Below are positions 38,736-51,332 of a DNA stretch of 64,000 nucleotides, piece by piece (within the stretch, counting starts at the first letter, position 1; each line of letters starts with the position of its first letter). The notes below the pieces were generated by a model. That model was not told the DNA's origin, made no database searches, and saw nothing but the letters and a program-made list of their open reading frames with translations. The DNA comes from Octopus vulgaris (Eukaryota), in assembly GCA_951406725.2 (NCBI GenBank), contig OX597825.1, positions 32,488,001 to 32,552,000 on the forward strand, given 5' to 3'. The translations under genes were made by a program, and so were the position numbers.

Positions 38736-38737
<2 letters not shown>
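38192..38737 (+). mobile_element. ~545-bp non-coding repeat inserted in (TAA)n (same family as 14021-14547)
   Basis: High similarity by eye to the reverse complement of 14021-14547; (TAA)n on both sides. Confidence 0.8.
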
Positions 38738-38797
<60 letters not shown>

Positions 38798-38802
38798 TAA
38801 TA

Positions 38803-38963
38803 ATACTGAAAGTTTGTCTCTTACGGGCGGCAAGGGTTATCAGGAGGGTTCTAAGCATTTGAAAGACAGCTGGAAACTTGTGGATACCGAAGGTTACAGG
38901 TAATAACCTGTTACCCACATAAATCCTACTAGAAATAAACCGAGCCTCAGTCAAACCAAAATC
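38803..38963 (+). pseudogene. Extreme 3' end of a third R4/Dong family
   Basis: LKVCLLRAARVIRRVLSI* matches the family C-terminal motif (compare QKIALLGTAHILRRTLSIQ* at 41073); short 3' UTR, then (TAA)n. Confidence 0.65.
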
Positions 38964-39024
<61 letters not shown>

Positions 39025-41177
39025 GGCATTTACTGCAGTGATATCACAAAGGCTGAACAAGCACCTGGACGAAAACAAACTGTTCCCAGAAGAGCAGAAA
39101 GGATGCCGCAAAGGCTCATATGGCTGTAAAGATCAACTAATGATTAATAAAGCCATAACTGAAGACAGCCACAGAAAGAAGAAAGGCCTCAGTATGGCCT
39201 GGATTGACTACAAAAAGGCGTTTGATAGCATCCCCCACACATGGATCCTCGAAACACTAGCCATTAACAAAGTAGCACCAACAATCATAAAATTCATAGA
39301 GCACTCTATGAATAAATGGCAAACAGTCCTACACCTCCAAACAAAAGAGGGACTCATGAAAACCAAAGACCATCCCCATTAGAAGAGGAATATTCCAGGG
39401 AGACACGCTCTCTCCACTCCTTTTCTGCTTGGCACTGTCACTTCTATCTGATATGCTAAATAGAACTGGATGCGGATATAAATGTTACGGCAAAACGATC
39501 AGCCACCTTTTATATATGGATGACCTAAAACTATACGCTGCAAATGACAAACAGCTGGAAACACTATTAAAGACAGTTCATGGATTTACCAAAGAAATAG
39601 ATATGAAATTTGGATTAGAAAAATGCGCCAAAGTAACCATGAAAAGAGGAAAACTAGTTAAGAGTAACAACATCACACTAGATAAAACCAATGAAATAAA
39701 AGAATTAGACCAAAGCCAAACTTACAAATACTTAGGAATCCATGAACTAGATAAGACACAACACACACAAATGAAAGAGAAAATAAAAAAAGAATATTAT
39801 AGACGAGTTAGATCAATACTAAACACAGAGCTCAATGCTAAAAACAAGATAATAGGTATCAACACTTTAGCTGTCCCAGTTATAAGTTACAGCTACAATA
39901 TCCTTAACTGGACACGAAATGAACTGACCAAAATAGATAGGAAAACAAGAAAAATAATGACAGGATCTAGGATGCATCACCCAAAATCTGACATAGAAAG
40001 ACTATATATACAACGTATAGAAGGTGGTAGAGGCCTTATACAGCTAGAAAACTACTATAAAATAACCACCATAGGACTGCAAAAATATCTACTTCAGAAG
40101 GAAAGAAAACTGATCCAGATAGCGGTAAAACACGAGCAAAACAAAAAACTGTTCTCAGTATTTAAGGAAGCTGACAAATACAAACAAGAAATCATACCAC
40201 CTAATAAACATGAAGAAGAAGAAGAAGATGAAGAAACAACAAAAGCTATAAAACAAATGAAATCCAAACTAAAAATAGAACAGCAACGAACCATGATAAA
40301 ACGATGCCAAGAAAAGCCCCTTCATGGTAAATACTGGACTAAACTAAACGCAAAAGAAATAGACAAAGAAAAATCCCAGCAATGGTTGAGAAGCTCAGGA
40401 CTCAAAGCAGAAACAGAGGGATTTTTAATTGCAGCACAAGACCAAAGCCTCCTCACCAGAAATTACCAAAAACATGTAATGAAAAGAAATATTACAAGTA
40501 ACTGCAGAATATGTGGAGATGGACAAGAAACAATAAATCATATTATCTCTATCTGCCCAGTCCTGGCTAAGAAGGAATATATTCACAGACATGACAGAGT
40601 TGGAACCTACATACATTGGAAGCTATGCCAACATTATGGAATAACAACAGAAAAAAGATGGTATAGGCACACACCAGAAAAGGTCACAGAAAACGAGAAA
40701 GCAACCATACTCTGGGATATGCCGATACACACAGATAGAGAAATTAAGGCCAACAGACCAGATATAGTTGTCAGAGACCATGAAAGAAAATAAATGCTTT
40801 CTAATTGATGTATCAACACCGGCAGATGACAACGTTTCTCTAAAAGAAATGGAGAAACTCTCAAAATACAAAGACCTGGAAATAGAGGTAACTAGAATGT
40901 GGAATCTGAAAACAGAAACAATTCCTATCATAGTAGGTGCATTAGGCATGATAAAAAAATATTCAGACAAATACATAACAAAAACACCAGGACTTACAAA
41001 CACATATAACATACAGAAAATTGCACTACTAGGCACTGCACACATCCTACGCAGAACACTTTCCATACAATAACCATCAGAGCATCACAACAAATCACAG
41101 CACATACCCAAGGCACACAGAGCTGCGCTCGGTAGTGAAGTGAAAGCACGCTATAAAAATAAAAATAAAACTACTGA
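39025..41177 (+). mobile_element. 5'-truncated R4/Dong-clade site-specific non-LTR retrotransposon (RT + CCHC + restriction-like endonuclease)
   Basis: ORFs 39038-39382, 39429-40793 and 40768-41073 join via two frameshifts. Motifs EQKGC, WIDYKKAFDS, RGIFQGD.LSP, YMDD, YKYLG, GGRGL, CRIC..ETINHII..C, RHD, RPDIVV, LIDV and KYKDL. Flanked on both sides by (TAA)n, the known Dong target. Confidence 0.95.
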
Positions 41178-42568
41178 ATAATAATAATAATAATAACAAC
41201 AATAATAATAATAATAATAATTATAACAACAACAACAATAGTAATGTTGACGATGATGATGATAGATGGTGAGGAGAGGTGGTGGTGGTGTTGTTGTTGG
41301 TGGTGATGGTAGTGATGATGATATAAATAATCAAGTCAGCAACGATGTTATTAGAAGGAAAGAGGACACAATTGGGAATTAATGGAAGACACGAATCTAA
41401 AACTTAGTCAAACGTAACATACTTTCCGAAGCAGATTTAAGTATATTATTTTTAGATTAATGATACAAACTGAACAGCACCATCTTCTCAGAACAAACTA
41501 TTTTTCTCATTTAATGATAAACCTGTTTGCCTTATCTTTAATCTAGGCCTAATAATGTCTTCTGATCGATTTGCAAAGCTAGCTAACTCTTGTTCTCGCC
41601 TCTCCCCACTTTTCTCCGCTAACTCTTATTCTCTCCTTCCCTTTCCTTTTTCATTCTCCATCTTTCGTTCTTTTCCTTCATCTTTCTGCCTCTGTTTATT
41701 CATGTTTTTTTTTTCTTATGCTGCTCTCAACCACACCCTGTTTATCGAACACTTCAACACGTATCGCCGAACGTTAACGATCTACTGAGTTCCCGCTACC
41801 CTTCCACATACAAAAATTTTCTTAATAACTAATCAGAAACCCCACGTGAGAAACCAAACCAGCGCTTTATTATTTCGTAACATAAGTTTACTCATGCGTA
41901 ACTTAAAATTTCCAATTGCATTTCTTTTATGCTTGCTTGCACCAGAACTTGTTCATCTTGAAAGTGAGTTGTCAGTGGATAAGCAGACGACAGCATTGGC
42001 GGCCATGTTTTCGTTCATTAACGAATACATTTTCCATTTGTATTGCAATCATTTGCAAACAAGCGAAGTACAAAATGAATCAGAATAAATAGTACTTCAT
42101 AATGTTTAGAAGAACACAAATGCTTGTGTTTCAATATGTTCATGCCAGGGTGTGGGGAATAGGTTATCAAGAATACAGGTTAATGCACATATATACTAAC
42201 GTGTATAATTTCGGCATTTATTTAAATATATACTAATTGCATTTTGATGAAATTACTAACGAATAAAGAATCTTCCATTCTTTTAAATATTGTGATATAT
42301 TTAGGTAATTAAACATTTGCGGTAAGAAACAAGGAAATCGTTCAATATATGCATGCATTATTTGAAAGATGCATATATTTTACTGAAACTGAAACACGAT
42401 ATATCTATCTTTCTTTCATTCTCCGTGTATGAATGCATAAACATGCTTACATGTACTTGTATGAGTATGTATGTATATCATTACACCTATGTGCGTACAG
42501 AAATGTATATGTTTTCATGTGAGTGAGCGTATGCATATGTATGTATGTATACATGCATGTATTTCTAT

Positions 42569-42613
<45 letters not shown>

Positions 42614-42906
42614 CGTATGTGTACTAGTTTTACTGAGCATATTTCTTCTAAGTAAACACCCAAATTATATGGGAAATGAATGAAGATGAAAAAATGGAAG
42701 AACAAATCTAGAAAAAAAAAAGGGGGTAAGAAAAACATTGTAGAAGGTAAAACATGGGATAAAAATAGTGAAATGAAACAATTAATAGAAAATTAAGAGA
42801 CCCGAAATTTATTGAAAACCTTTCTCTGCAAACATGTTTTTGACAGCTCTTTTGCTAAATAATGTTTTCATTGGTGGAAATATATCGATACATAATCGCA
42901 AACGCA

Positions 42907-42972
<66 letters not shown>

Positions 42973-44256
42973 CATGCATGTGTGTAAGCACCATTATACA
43001 TATATAATTGACGTTATGAATAGAACACGTTTGTGCATAAACATGTGTGCGTGTGCGTGTGTACATACATATATATATTTATACATATACATACACACAA
43101 AAATTCAAATGCTGGTGACCACACGCACATGCGCACATATTTCAGTGATGACGAATTAACTCACTCGAAGCTATCGTAGACAACAATTACTCTAGGTTCC
43201 TGCCTACGATTGAACCCGAATCCAATTGGCTACAGAGTGTACTTAATAATCAGGTCTTCTTACCTGTATCTCCAGTTCCACTCCATTATGTCTTAGGTTC
43301 AAATCCTACCGGTGTCAGTTTTAAACCAACGATCATATTTGTTTATTTACATCTTTATTTGTGTCAGCCAATGAACTGTGGCCATGCTAGAGCACGGCCT
43401 TCAAAAGACCCGAGTACTTTTTTTTTCAGTACAGTGCTTATTCTATCGATCTTTTTTCTCGCACTGTTAACTTACTGTTAACGTAAACAAACCAACATCG
43501 ACTCTCAAGCGGTGGTGGGGATAGACATAGCACATACACAAATACACAAGCACATAGATTTATACATACATACACATCTACATATATACATATATGTGTG
43601 TGTGTGTGTTATATAGTTTTGTTCAAATGTATCCACTGAAAGTGTGATTTGAGAGAGATTTGGCTGTTGTTTCTAGAAAAGAGAAGCAACCAGGTAGTGC
43701 TCTCTCGCGTGGGCTTGGCATATCTTTTGTTTGGAGTCGAAATAGCTGACGGGTAAGAATATACACTAATAATTATGTCGAAATGTGTCTATGCACTTGA
43801 TGGATGCGATTGCGGCTATATATACAATTATATCCAGCTGTGAACACCTTATTGACGTGCTTACTTAGACAATGGATTAACTTATCTAAACGGATACACT
43901 GAGTAGCGAAAGAAAGGAAAGAAAAGATTAGCGAATCACCGCGAGCGTAGCGAAAACTAACCACATATTTGACGAACAATTGATGAAAACCAATATAGAG
44001 AACTACTAACAGAATCTGCGATGATAATAATATAGCAAGAAGACTGGAAAATAGAGCAGAAGGCAACTCTATGTCTGAAGTACCTCAATGATAGGTAGAG
44101 GTTAACGGGACCAGACATGATACGACGAAACAGCACTGAATACAGTACTTAGATTCTGCAGAATTCCTACTGATCTGTACATGTGCGTGTGTATGTTGTG
44201 AATGTATACATGTATGTGTGTATATGTGTGCGTTAAGTATGCATGTATGTATGTCG

Positions 44257-44375
44257 AGCACGTGGTTCTATAAGTGTGTATGTCATGTATGTATGTACTT
44301 ATGCATTTTGTGTATAAATGTGCGCTGTGTATACATGTATATATGTTTTGTATATGTGCATGGTGCGTATTTAAA

Positions 44376-44418
<43 letters not shown>

Positions 44419-44565
44419 TGCATGTATGTATGTTGTGCACGTAGTTCTATAAATGTGTACGTCATGTATGTATGTACTTATGTTTTCTGTGTATAAATGT
44501 GCGCTGTGTATACATGTATATATATTTGTATATGTGCATGGTGCGCATTTAAACCTATATATATA
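44257..44565. repeat. Two diverged tandem copies (~180-bp period) of a TG-rich unit
   Basis: GCACGT.GTTCTATAA.TGTGTA...GTGCATGGTGCG.ATTTAAACCTATA at ~44257 and ~44437. Confidence 0.75.
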
Positions 44566-45070
44566 TAGTGTATGGATATGCGTATATTGTGCATGCATAC
44601 ACGTATATTGTCTATGTATGTTGTGTGTGCATGATTGCTTGGTATGTATATGTTGATATATGCATGTATATATGTATGTTGCGCATACATTCATGTTGCG
44701 AATGTATGAATGTATGTTATGTATGTTGTGTATTTATGCATGCATATATGTATGGATGACGTATATCTGTCTATGTGTATTTATGAGAATGAACGTTGAA
44801 TATGTCCGTATGAATGCACGAATACATAACTGTATGTATGTTATGCTGTGCGCATATGCTTAAGTGTACGCATGTGAGCACGCAAGTGTGGAATTATATG
44901 TATTTTACATCTATGGAATTATATGTATTTACATGAACGTCCGTATTTATGTGTATTAAATATGTGCATGAACGTATCTGTTACTCTGTCTATCTATCTT
45001 TTCCCCTTTCTTTTTCAAACTGTCTTTTCTCTCCCCCGTGTATGTGCTTATGTGGGCTGTGTGTGAATAC

Positions 45071-45101
<31 letters not shown>

Positions 45102-45177
45102 TGTATGTATGTATGTATGTATGTATGTATGTATGTATGTATGTATGTATGTATGTATGTGTGTGTATGTATGTATG

Positions 45178-45208
<31 letters not shown>

Positions 45209-45240
45209 GTATGTATGTATGTATGTATGTATATGTATTG

Positions 45241-47470
45241 GCTGATTTATTGGCTGATAAAAGACGTACTTTGTCACGATATTTGTCAGCAAAGACACAG
45301 GAAAGGGAAGTGTTGCATAGGGAACTCAAGGACGTAAAATCACGTGTGAGGCAAAGGCTCTCTCAGATGAGGGATACATGGTGGAGTAAGAAAGCTGACG
45401 AGATACAGGCGGCATCAGATTCCAACAACACAAAGCTGTTGCATGGTCTTTTGCGAGAAGTTTATGGACCGACGTCTTCCTTGATGACACCACTTCGAAG
45501 CAGTGATGGTAAAGAACTTCTTCGTGATTCACAAGGAATTCTGCGAAGGTGGCAAGAACACTTTAATGAACTTTTGAATCAGCAGTCTGTAGTTATTGAG
45601 GATGTTCTCAATCTCATCCCTGGATTGCCTGTGAAGGCAGCATTCGCGGAACCACTCAAGTTGGAAGAAATTGCAATGGCTGTCTCAAGGTTGAATAATG
45701 GGAAGTCTCCGGGTATGGATGGCATACATGTAGAGTTGTTACAGCATGGTGGTGAGAAACTTCTGCAGAAACTTCACTCTTTGTTTGGTAAGATATGGAC
45801 TAGTGAATCTGTACCTGAGGACTGGAGAGATGCAGTAATGGTGGTCCTGTATAAGGGAAATGGCAACAGGAATGATTGTGGTAATTATAGGGGAGTATCA
45901 TTGCTGTCTGCTGTAGGAAAGGTTTTATGCAGGATACTTCTGGATCGTCTGCTGAAATACATTGCAGATTGTGTTCTTCCAGAAAGTCAATCTGGCTTTC
46001 GTGTGGGACGTGGCACTACTGATATGATATTTTCAGCTAGACAACTTCAGGAAAAGTGTGTGGAATAGGGTCTGGATTTGTATCATCTTTTTGTCGATCT
46101 GACAAAAGCCTTTGATACCGTAAATAGAAAAGCATTGTAGAAAGTCCTCCAGAAACTTGGGTGTCCTGAAAAGTTCCTTGCTTTGGTTAGGTCTTTTCAT
46201 GAAGACATGAATGGTAGGGTGAATGTTAGAGGGAAAATGTCGGAGCCCATTTCAATACAAAATGGAGTGAAACAGGGGGATATTCTGGCACCGACCCTAT
46301 TTTCCATATATTTCGCGATGGTTTTCTGTATTGCATTCAGAAACTGCAGATACGGTGTTTACGTCCATTATTGAACCTCTGGCAGCATATTTAATATCAG
46401 GCGCCTTGCTGCAAAAACAAAGATATTTACCTCTATCATAAGAGACCTTTTGTATGCAGATGATTGTGAGCTAGTAGCACACACAGAGATTGATATGCAA
46501 CACATTTTGAATGCATTCTCTGATGCTTGCACTGCCTTAGGATTCACAGTCAATCTCAAGAAAACTGTTGTCATGCATCAACCTGCCCCTGGTAAGCAGT
46601 ATAGTGTACCAAATATCTATGTGAATGGTAAACGACTTGATGTAGTGGATCAGTTTGTCTACCTGGGAAACACTATTAATAGATATGGCAATGTGGATGA
46701 TGAAATTCCATCAGTGATCTTGAAATATTGGAAGGCTCTCGGTGTGAAAGTATAGAAGCTCTTGTGTTAAAGCAAAGGCACAGATGGAGTGGTCATCTGG
46801 TCAGAATGAAGGATTCAATAATGCCAAAACAACTCTTTTATGGAGAGTTAGCTAAAGGAGAACAACCTCCACATAAACCAAAAAAGAGGTATAAGGACTT
46901 GCTGAAGGCTTCCTTAAGAGATGCTTGGATCTCTCCTGACACATGGGAAGGCATAGTTATTGATCGTAGCAGGTGGAGAAGGACTGTGCATGAGGTGACA
47001 GCCACTTTTGAGAAATCTCGAGTTGCACATGAGAAAGTAAGGAGGGATGTCAGGAAGGGCATCGCTGTTACACTTCCAGAAGGCAAGGGTCTTCCTTTGA
47101 TTCTGACATGCAATGTCTGTGCAAGACCCTGCCTCAGTAAAGCTGGACTCATGAGTCATCTTTGTAGTCATAAAACGAGACAGATGAGTGACAACCTGGC
47201 CACTGGTGGTGGTGTAACACACCATACTAATCATATCTGTCGGGCATGTGGAAGAGAGTGTAATTCGGCAGGAGGACTTAAACGACATGCAAAGGTACAT
47301 GAAGCCCAGTTACAACTACAGCCGGCTATTACCAGTAAAGGTTTTAGTTGTCAATTTTGTACGAGACATTGTAGATCTTTAGCTGGGCTAAAAAGTCACA
47401 TTCGATCACAGCACCAGTAACAGTTAAGCTTCGTACAATGGCCATACTCGATAAGGAGGGGGCAGCCATA
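45241..47470 (+). mobile_element. 5'-truncated RTE-clade LINE pseudogene with C-terminal triple C2H2 zinc finger
   Basis: RWQEHF, KSPGMDGI, NYRGVSLLS, PESQSGFR, FVDLTKAFD, GVKQGD.LAP, YADD (~46453), FVYLG, RWSGHLVRM. Stops at 46066, 46138 and 46372 and an internal deletion at ~46708. Ends in three C-x2-C..H..H motifs (47109-47414). Embedded in (TATG)n/(TA)n. Confidence 0.93.
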
Positions 47471-47547
47471 ATGTATATGTATATATATATGTATGTATAT
47501 ATATATGTATATATGTATATATGTGTATATGTATATATCTATATATC

Positions 47548-47593
<46 letters not shown>

Positions 47594-48033
47594 TGTATGT
47601 ATGTATGTATGTATGTATATAGGTTAAAATATGTTCCTGCCATATTTCAACTTCTAAAGGAAAATTCACTGCAGTTACCGTGGAGAAACAATTTTCTCTT
47701 ACGGTAAAGGGTGGAAAAACACCATATCTACTCTGAGCTGTCTCCAATCGGATTACCTGACTCTTTAGCCTTCCTTAACGGGGAATACGGAAGAGAGGTA
47801 ACTCTGGGCAGATTTAAAGTCGTGGCCTTAACTAATAAACAGTCAACAACACTCACTGATTTCCGCTACTGGAGTGTGGCGTTGATACTGTTGGTTTTGT
47901 CCCGACCGGGCAGTCCTCTAGGGCAATTCAGTCCATGTTGTTAACTGTTTTTTAGTGAAGGTTAAGGTTGGCTTTTAATTTCCCAGTGTTCGTTTTCTCT
48001 CTCACTCTCACTCTCTCTCTCTCTCTGTCTCTC

Positions 48034-48064
<31 letters not shown>

Positions 48065-48317
48065 CCCCAGTATTTAACGCAGAGGAAGACAAAAGAGCCA
48101 GAAACATTACATCTGTGAATCTGATGGAGGACAGCACACGGCAGATATGGTATTTCTTACACCTGTTACCATAAGGGAGAAGTCTTTCTCTATGATAACA
48201 GCAGTGAATTTGCCTTTAGAGTTGAAATATGTCAATAATGTATTTCAACTAACCTAAAGTTCGCTTTTGCCTAATTACTGCTTGGCGCGGATACTACTGA
48301 CTAATATATATATATAT

Positions 48318-48496
48318 ATGCAGCACGGAATTTTGTCAGTGAACAGGTCGCGGTCTCAAAGCGACGATAATATTTTGGCAAATTAAATTTAGATGTTGAA
48401 GTGAATCTAACGGTTTTTGTGTGTTCCACGCTGCAATTGTTTTCGTTCCAGCACACGATCTCAGATCAGGTCACTTGCTATGCAAGTACATCTCCG

Positions 48497-48500
<4 letters not shown>
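48318..48500 (+). mobile_element. Short TA-embedded repeat containing a variant hammerhead motif (48332-48382)
   Basis: TTTGTCA-GTGAACA-G-GTCGC N9 GCGAC-GATA-ATAT-TT-TGGCAAA; bounded by (TA)n. Confidence 0.55.
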
Positions 48501-48539
<39 letters not shown>

Positions 48540-48542
<3 letters not shown>

Positions 48543-48700
48543 TTACAGAAAAACAAAGGACGAAGACAGGTGCATAAACAGCAGGTGTACTAGATTGACC
48601 CTCGGGAAGGTGAGAAAGTCTTTTACGTTTCGAGCCTACGCTCTTCAGCAGAAAGGAACACGACGAAATGATCAGAGAAAAAATAAAAAAACTTGTGGAG
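48540..48700 (-). mobile_element. Penelope-like terminal fragment with hammerhead motif at 48620-48655
   Basis: Minus strand: CTTT-CTGCTGA-A-GAGC gtag GCTC-GAAA-CGT-A-AAAG; same family as 8590-8870. Confidence 0.65.
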
Positions 48701-48719
48701 TTAGCAGTATATGAATTTG

Positions 48720-48920
48720 TGTATCTATGCTTGTCCCTCCGCCATCGCTTGACACACCGTTGTTGGCGGGGTTACGTGCTCGTAGCCTAGCGGTTCATTT
48801 AAAGTGAATGATAGAAAAAGTACTAGGCTTACAATGAATAAGTCCTGGGGTCAAGTCGTTCGACTAAAGACGGCGCTCCAGCATGGCCGCAGTGAAATGA
48901 CGGAAACAAGTAAAAGAAAT
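48720..48920 (+). mobile_element. 3' half of octopus-type SINE
   Basis: CATCGCTTGAC...AAGTACTAGGCTTAC...GCTCCAGCATGGCCGCAG...GAAACAAGTAAAAGA. Confidence 0.8.
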
Positions 48921-50359
48921 AAGATATATATATATATATATATCTGTGTATGTATATCTATCTATACATATATGTATATAAATATATATATATATATATA
49001 CGTATATATGTGTGTGTACGTCTGTGTGCATGTATGTACATATGTTTAAGTGTATATTATATATATATATATACATATACAAATACACACATACATATAC
49101 ATACATACATACATACATACATACATACATACACACAAACATACATACAAATGTCCATACTTTTGTGTGTTCATAAATACACATACAATAACCACATAGA
49201 GACATTGTCTTCAATGTTTCCAATCTATTTGCTTCTATCCTTTTTTTTTCTTCACTCTCACGTGACAAACACACCTGACAGATAGGCTTTCGCCAGAGAA
49301 CAATGAATAACGTATAGGTTGCAAGAGGTCAAAATATCTGCTAAATTTTTCATTTCTATCAGAGACCTGAATGTGTCATTGCTATTTCTCTAAGCGAGAT
49401 TCATTTCAATCTAAATGCAAATAGAACAACTGTAAGGTCGATTGTTTCTGTAACAATATAGTTTTGTGTAAAATGGCGAACATCGTGTGACAAGGAGACG
49501 AGCTTCGAGAGAGCTGAAATCCCAGTCCAGTTTCGTTTCACTGTTAATTCTTTTATTCGTTTATTCTTATTTGCTTATTCTTTTATTTGCTTCAGTTATA
49601 GGACTGCAACGTTGTTGGGTTCAGGTCTTCAAATGTTTAAACGAGCAAATTATTTACACTGTTGCTATTGGTCTCATATTCAATCGTATCTTTTTGTCAA
49701 ACCCTTAAACAAATCGACACTACTTGTGGGTTTAAGTATACATGCGCACATACGTGTGTGTTCGTGCGTGTATGTGTGTATGTGTGTGTGCACGTGCGTG
49801 CGTGTGTATTGTGTGTTTGTGTGCGTAAGATTATATAAACTTTTAGAGAACATGAAAGCAGGTAAAGCTATAGATAATACCTTGTAGATATCGGTTTGAA
49901 AAAATCCTTTTGCCTATAAGATGTCGACTTTATCCAAAGAATTTTTAACCTCATATTTACTTGCCATTTACAGCTTTAAGTACTTTGAGGCTCGTTGCTT
50001 CCATCTTCCACATCAGCTAACATTTTCTCCGCTACAACTTTAATCTTCATGCTCTCCAACGCCTTGGACTGCTCACCAATATGTCACGCTGTTCCTCAAA
50101 ATTAGGATCCCAAAACAGTCGTCAAATTCAATCAAAACGCCCTTTAAGTGTGTGTGAGCTGACCGAATCTTTAGCATGCCGGACAGAATGCTTAGCAACT
50201 TTTCTTTAGGCTTTACATTCTGAGTTCATATTCTCCAGGACGTTTTCAGCGTTCATTGTTTCGGGATCGATAAAATAAGCACTAGTTAAGCACCGGAGTT
50301 GATATAATCTCAATGTATCAGCCGATACAAAATTATTTTTTAATACTCCATGCACATAC

Positions 50360-50870
50360 TCGACCTCAGTACGCAACTGGTACTTAATTTATCAACTCCG
50401 AAAGGATGAAAGGTAGAGTCGACCTTGATGGAATTTGAACTCAGAATTTAAAGACAGACGAAATACCTATTTCTTTACTACCCACAAGGGGCTAAACACA
50501 GAGGGGACAAACGGATTAAGTCGATTACATCGACCCCAGTGCGTAACTAGTTCTTATTTAATCGACCACGAAAGGATGAAAGGCAAAGTTAACCTCGGCG
50601 GAATTTGAACTCAGAACGTAGCGGCAGACGAAATACCTATTTCTTTACTACCTACAAGGGGCTAAACATAGAGTGGACAAACAAGGGCAGACAAAGGGAT
50701 TAAATCGATTACATCGACCTCAGTGCGTAACTGCTACTTAATTTTCGACCCCAAAAGGATGAAAGGCAAAGTCGACCACGGCGGAATTTGAACTCAGATC
50801 GTAACGGCAGACGAAATGCCGCGAGGCATTTCGCCTGGCGTGCTAACGTTTTTGCCAGCTCGCCGCCTTC
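50360..50870 (-). mobile_element. Tandem SINE module array (three units), same family as 23585-24545
   Basis: AAGGATGAAAGG..AGT..ACC...GGAATTTGAACTCAGA three times; head GGCGGCGAGCTGGCA on the minus strand at ~50867. Confidence 0.88.
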
Positions 50871-50934
50871 CCGATGCAAAATTATTAGCATTCATCTGGA
50901 CCGATGCCAAATGTTGAAGCAATAATTAACATTA

Positions 50935-51332
50935 GTCGCAAGCATAGCAGTGTGGTAAGAAGTTTGCTTTCTAGCCACATGGTTCGGGGTTCAATTCCAC
51001 TGCATGGCATTTTGAGCAATTGTTTTCTACTATAGCCCCGGGCCGACCAAAGCCTTGTAAGGGGATGTGTGAACGGAAACTGAAGGAAGCCCGTCACATG
51101 TGTGTGTGTGTGACTTTGTGTTTTCGCTTGTCCTCCACTACCGGTTGACAGCTTGTGTTGTTTTGTTTATGTCCCCGTAAACTTAGCGGCTCGGCAAAAG
51201 GAGACTGATGAAATAAATAACAGGCATTAAAAAATACCAATAGGTACAAAGATCGATTCGCTCCACTAAACGCTTTCAAAGTGATGCCCCGGCATGGCCA
51301 CAGTCCAATGGATGAAATAAGTAAAAGATAAG
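50935..51332 (+). mobile_element. Octopus-type tRNA-derived SINE
   Basis: GTGTGGTAAGAAG..GGGTTCAATTCCACTGC head, TG tract, ...GCATGGCCACAGTC..AAGTAAAAGA tail. Confidence 0.85.

Noticed and set aside
46728-47420. Host C2H2 zinc-finger gene
   Set aside because: Contiguous with RTE RT/thumb motifs and the LINE 3' end; part of the retrotransposon.
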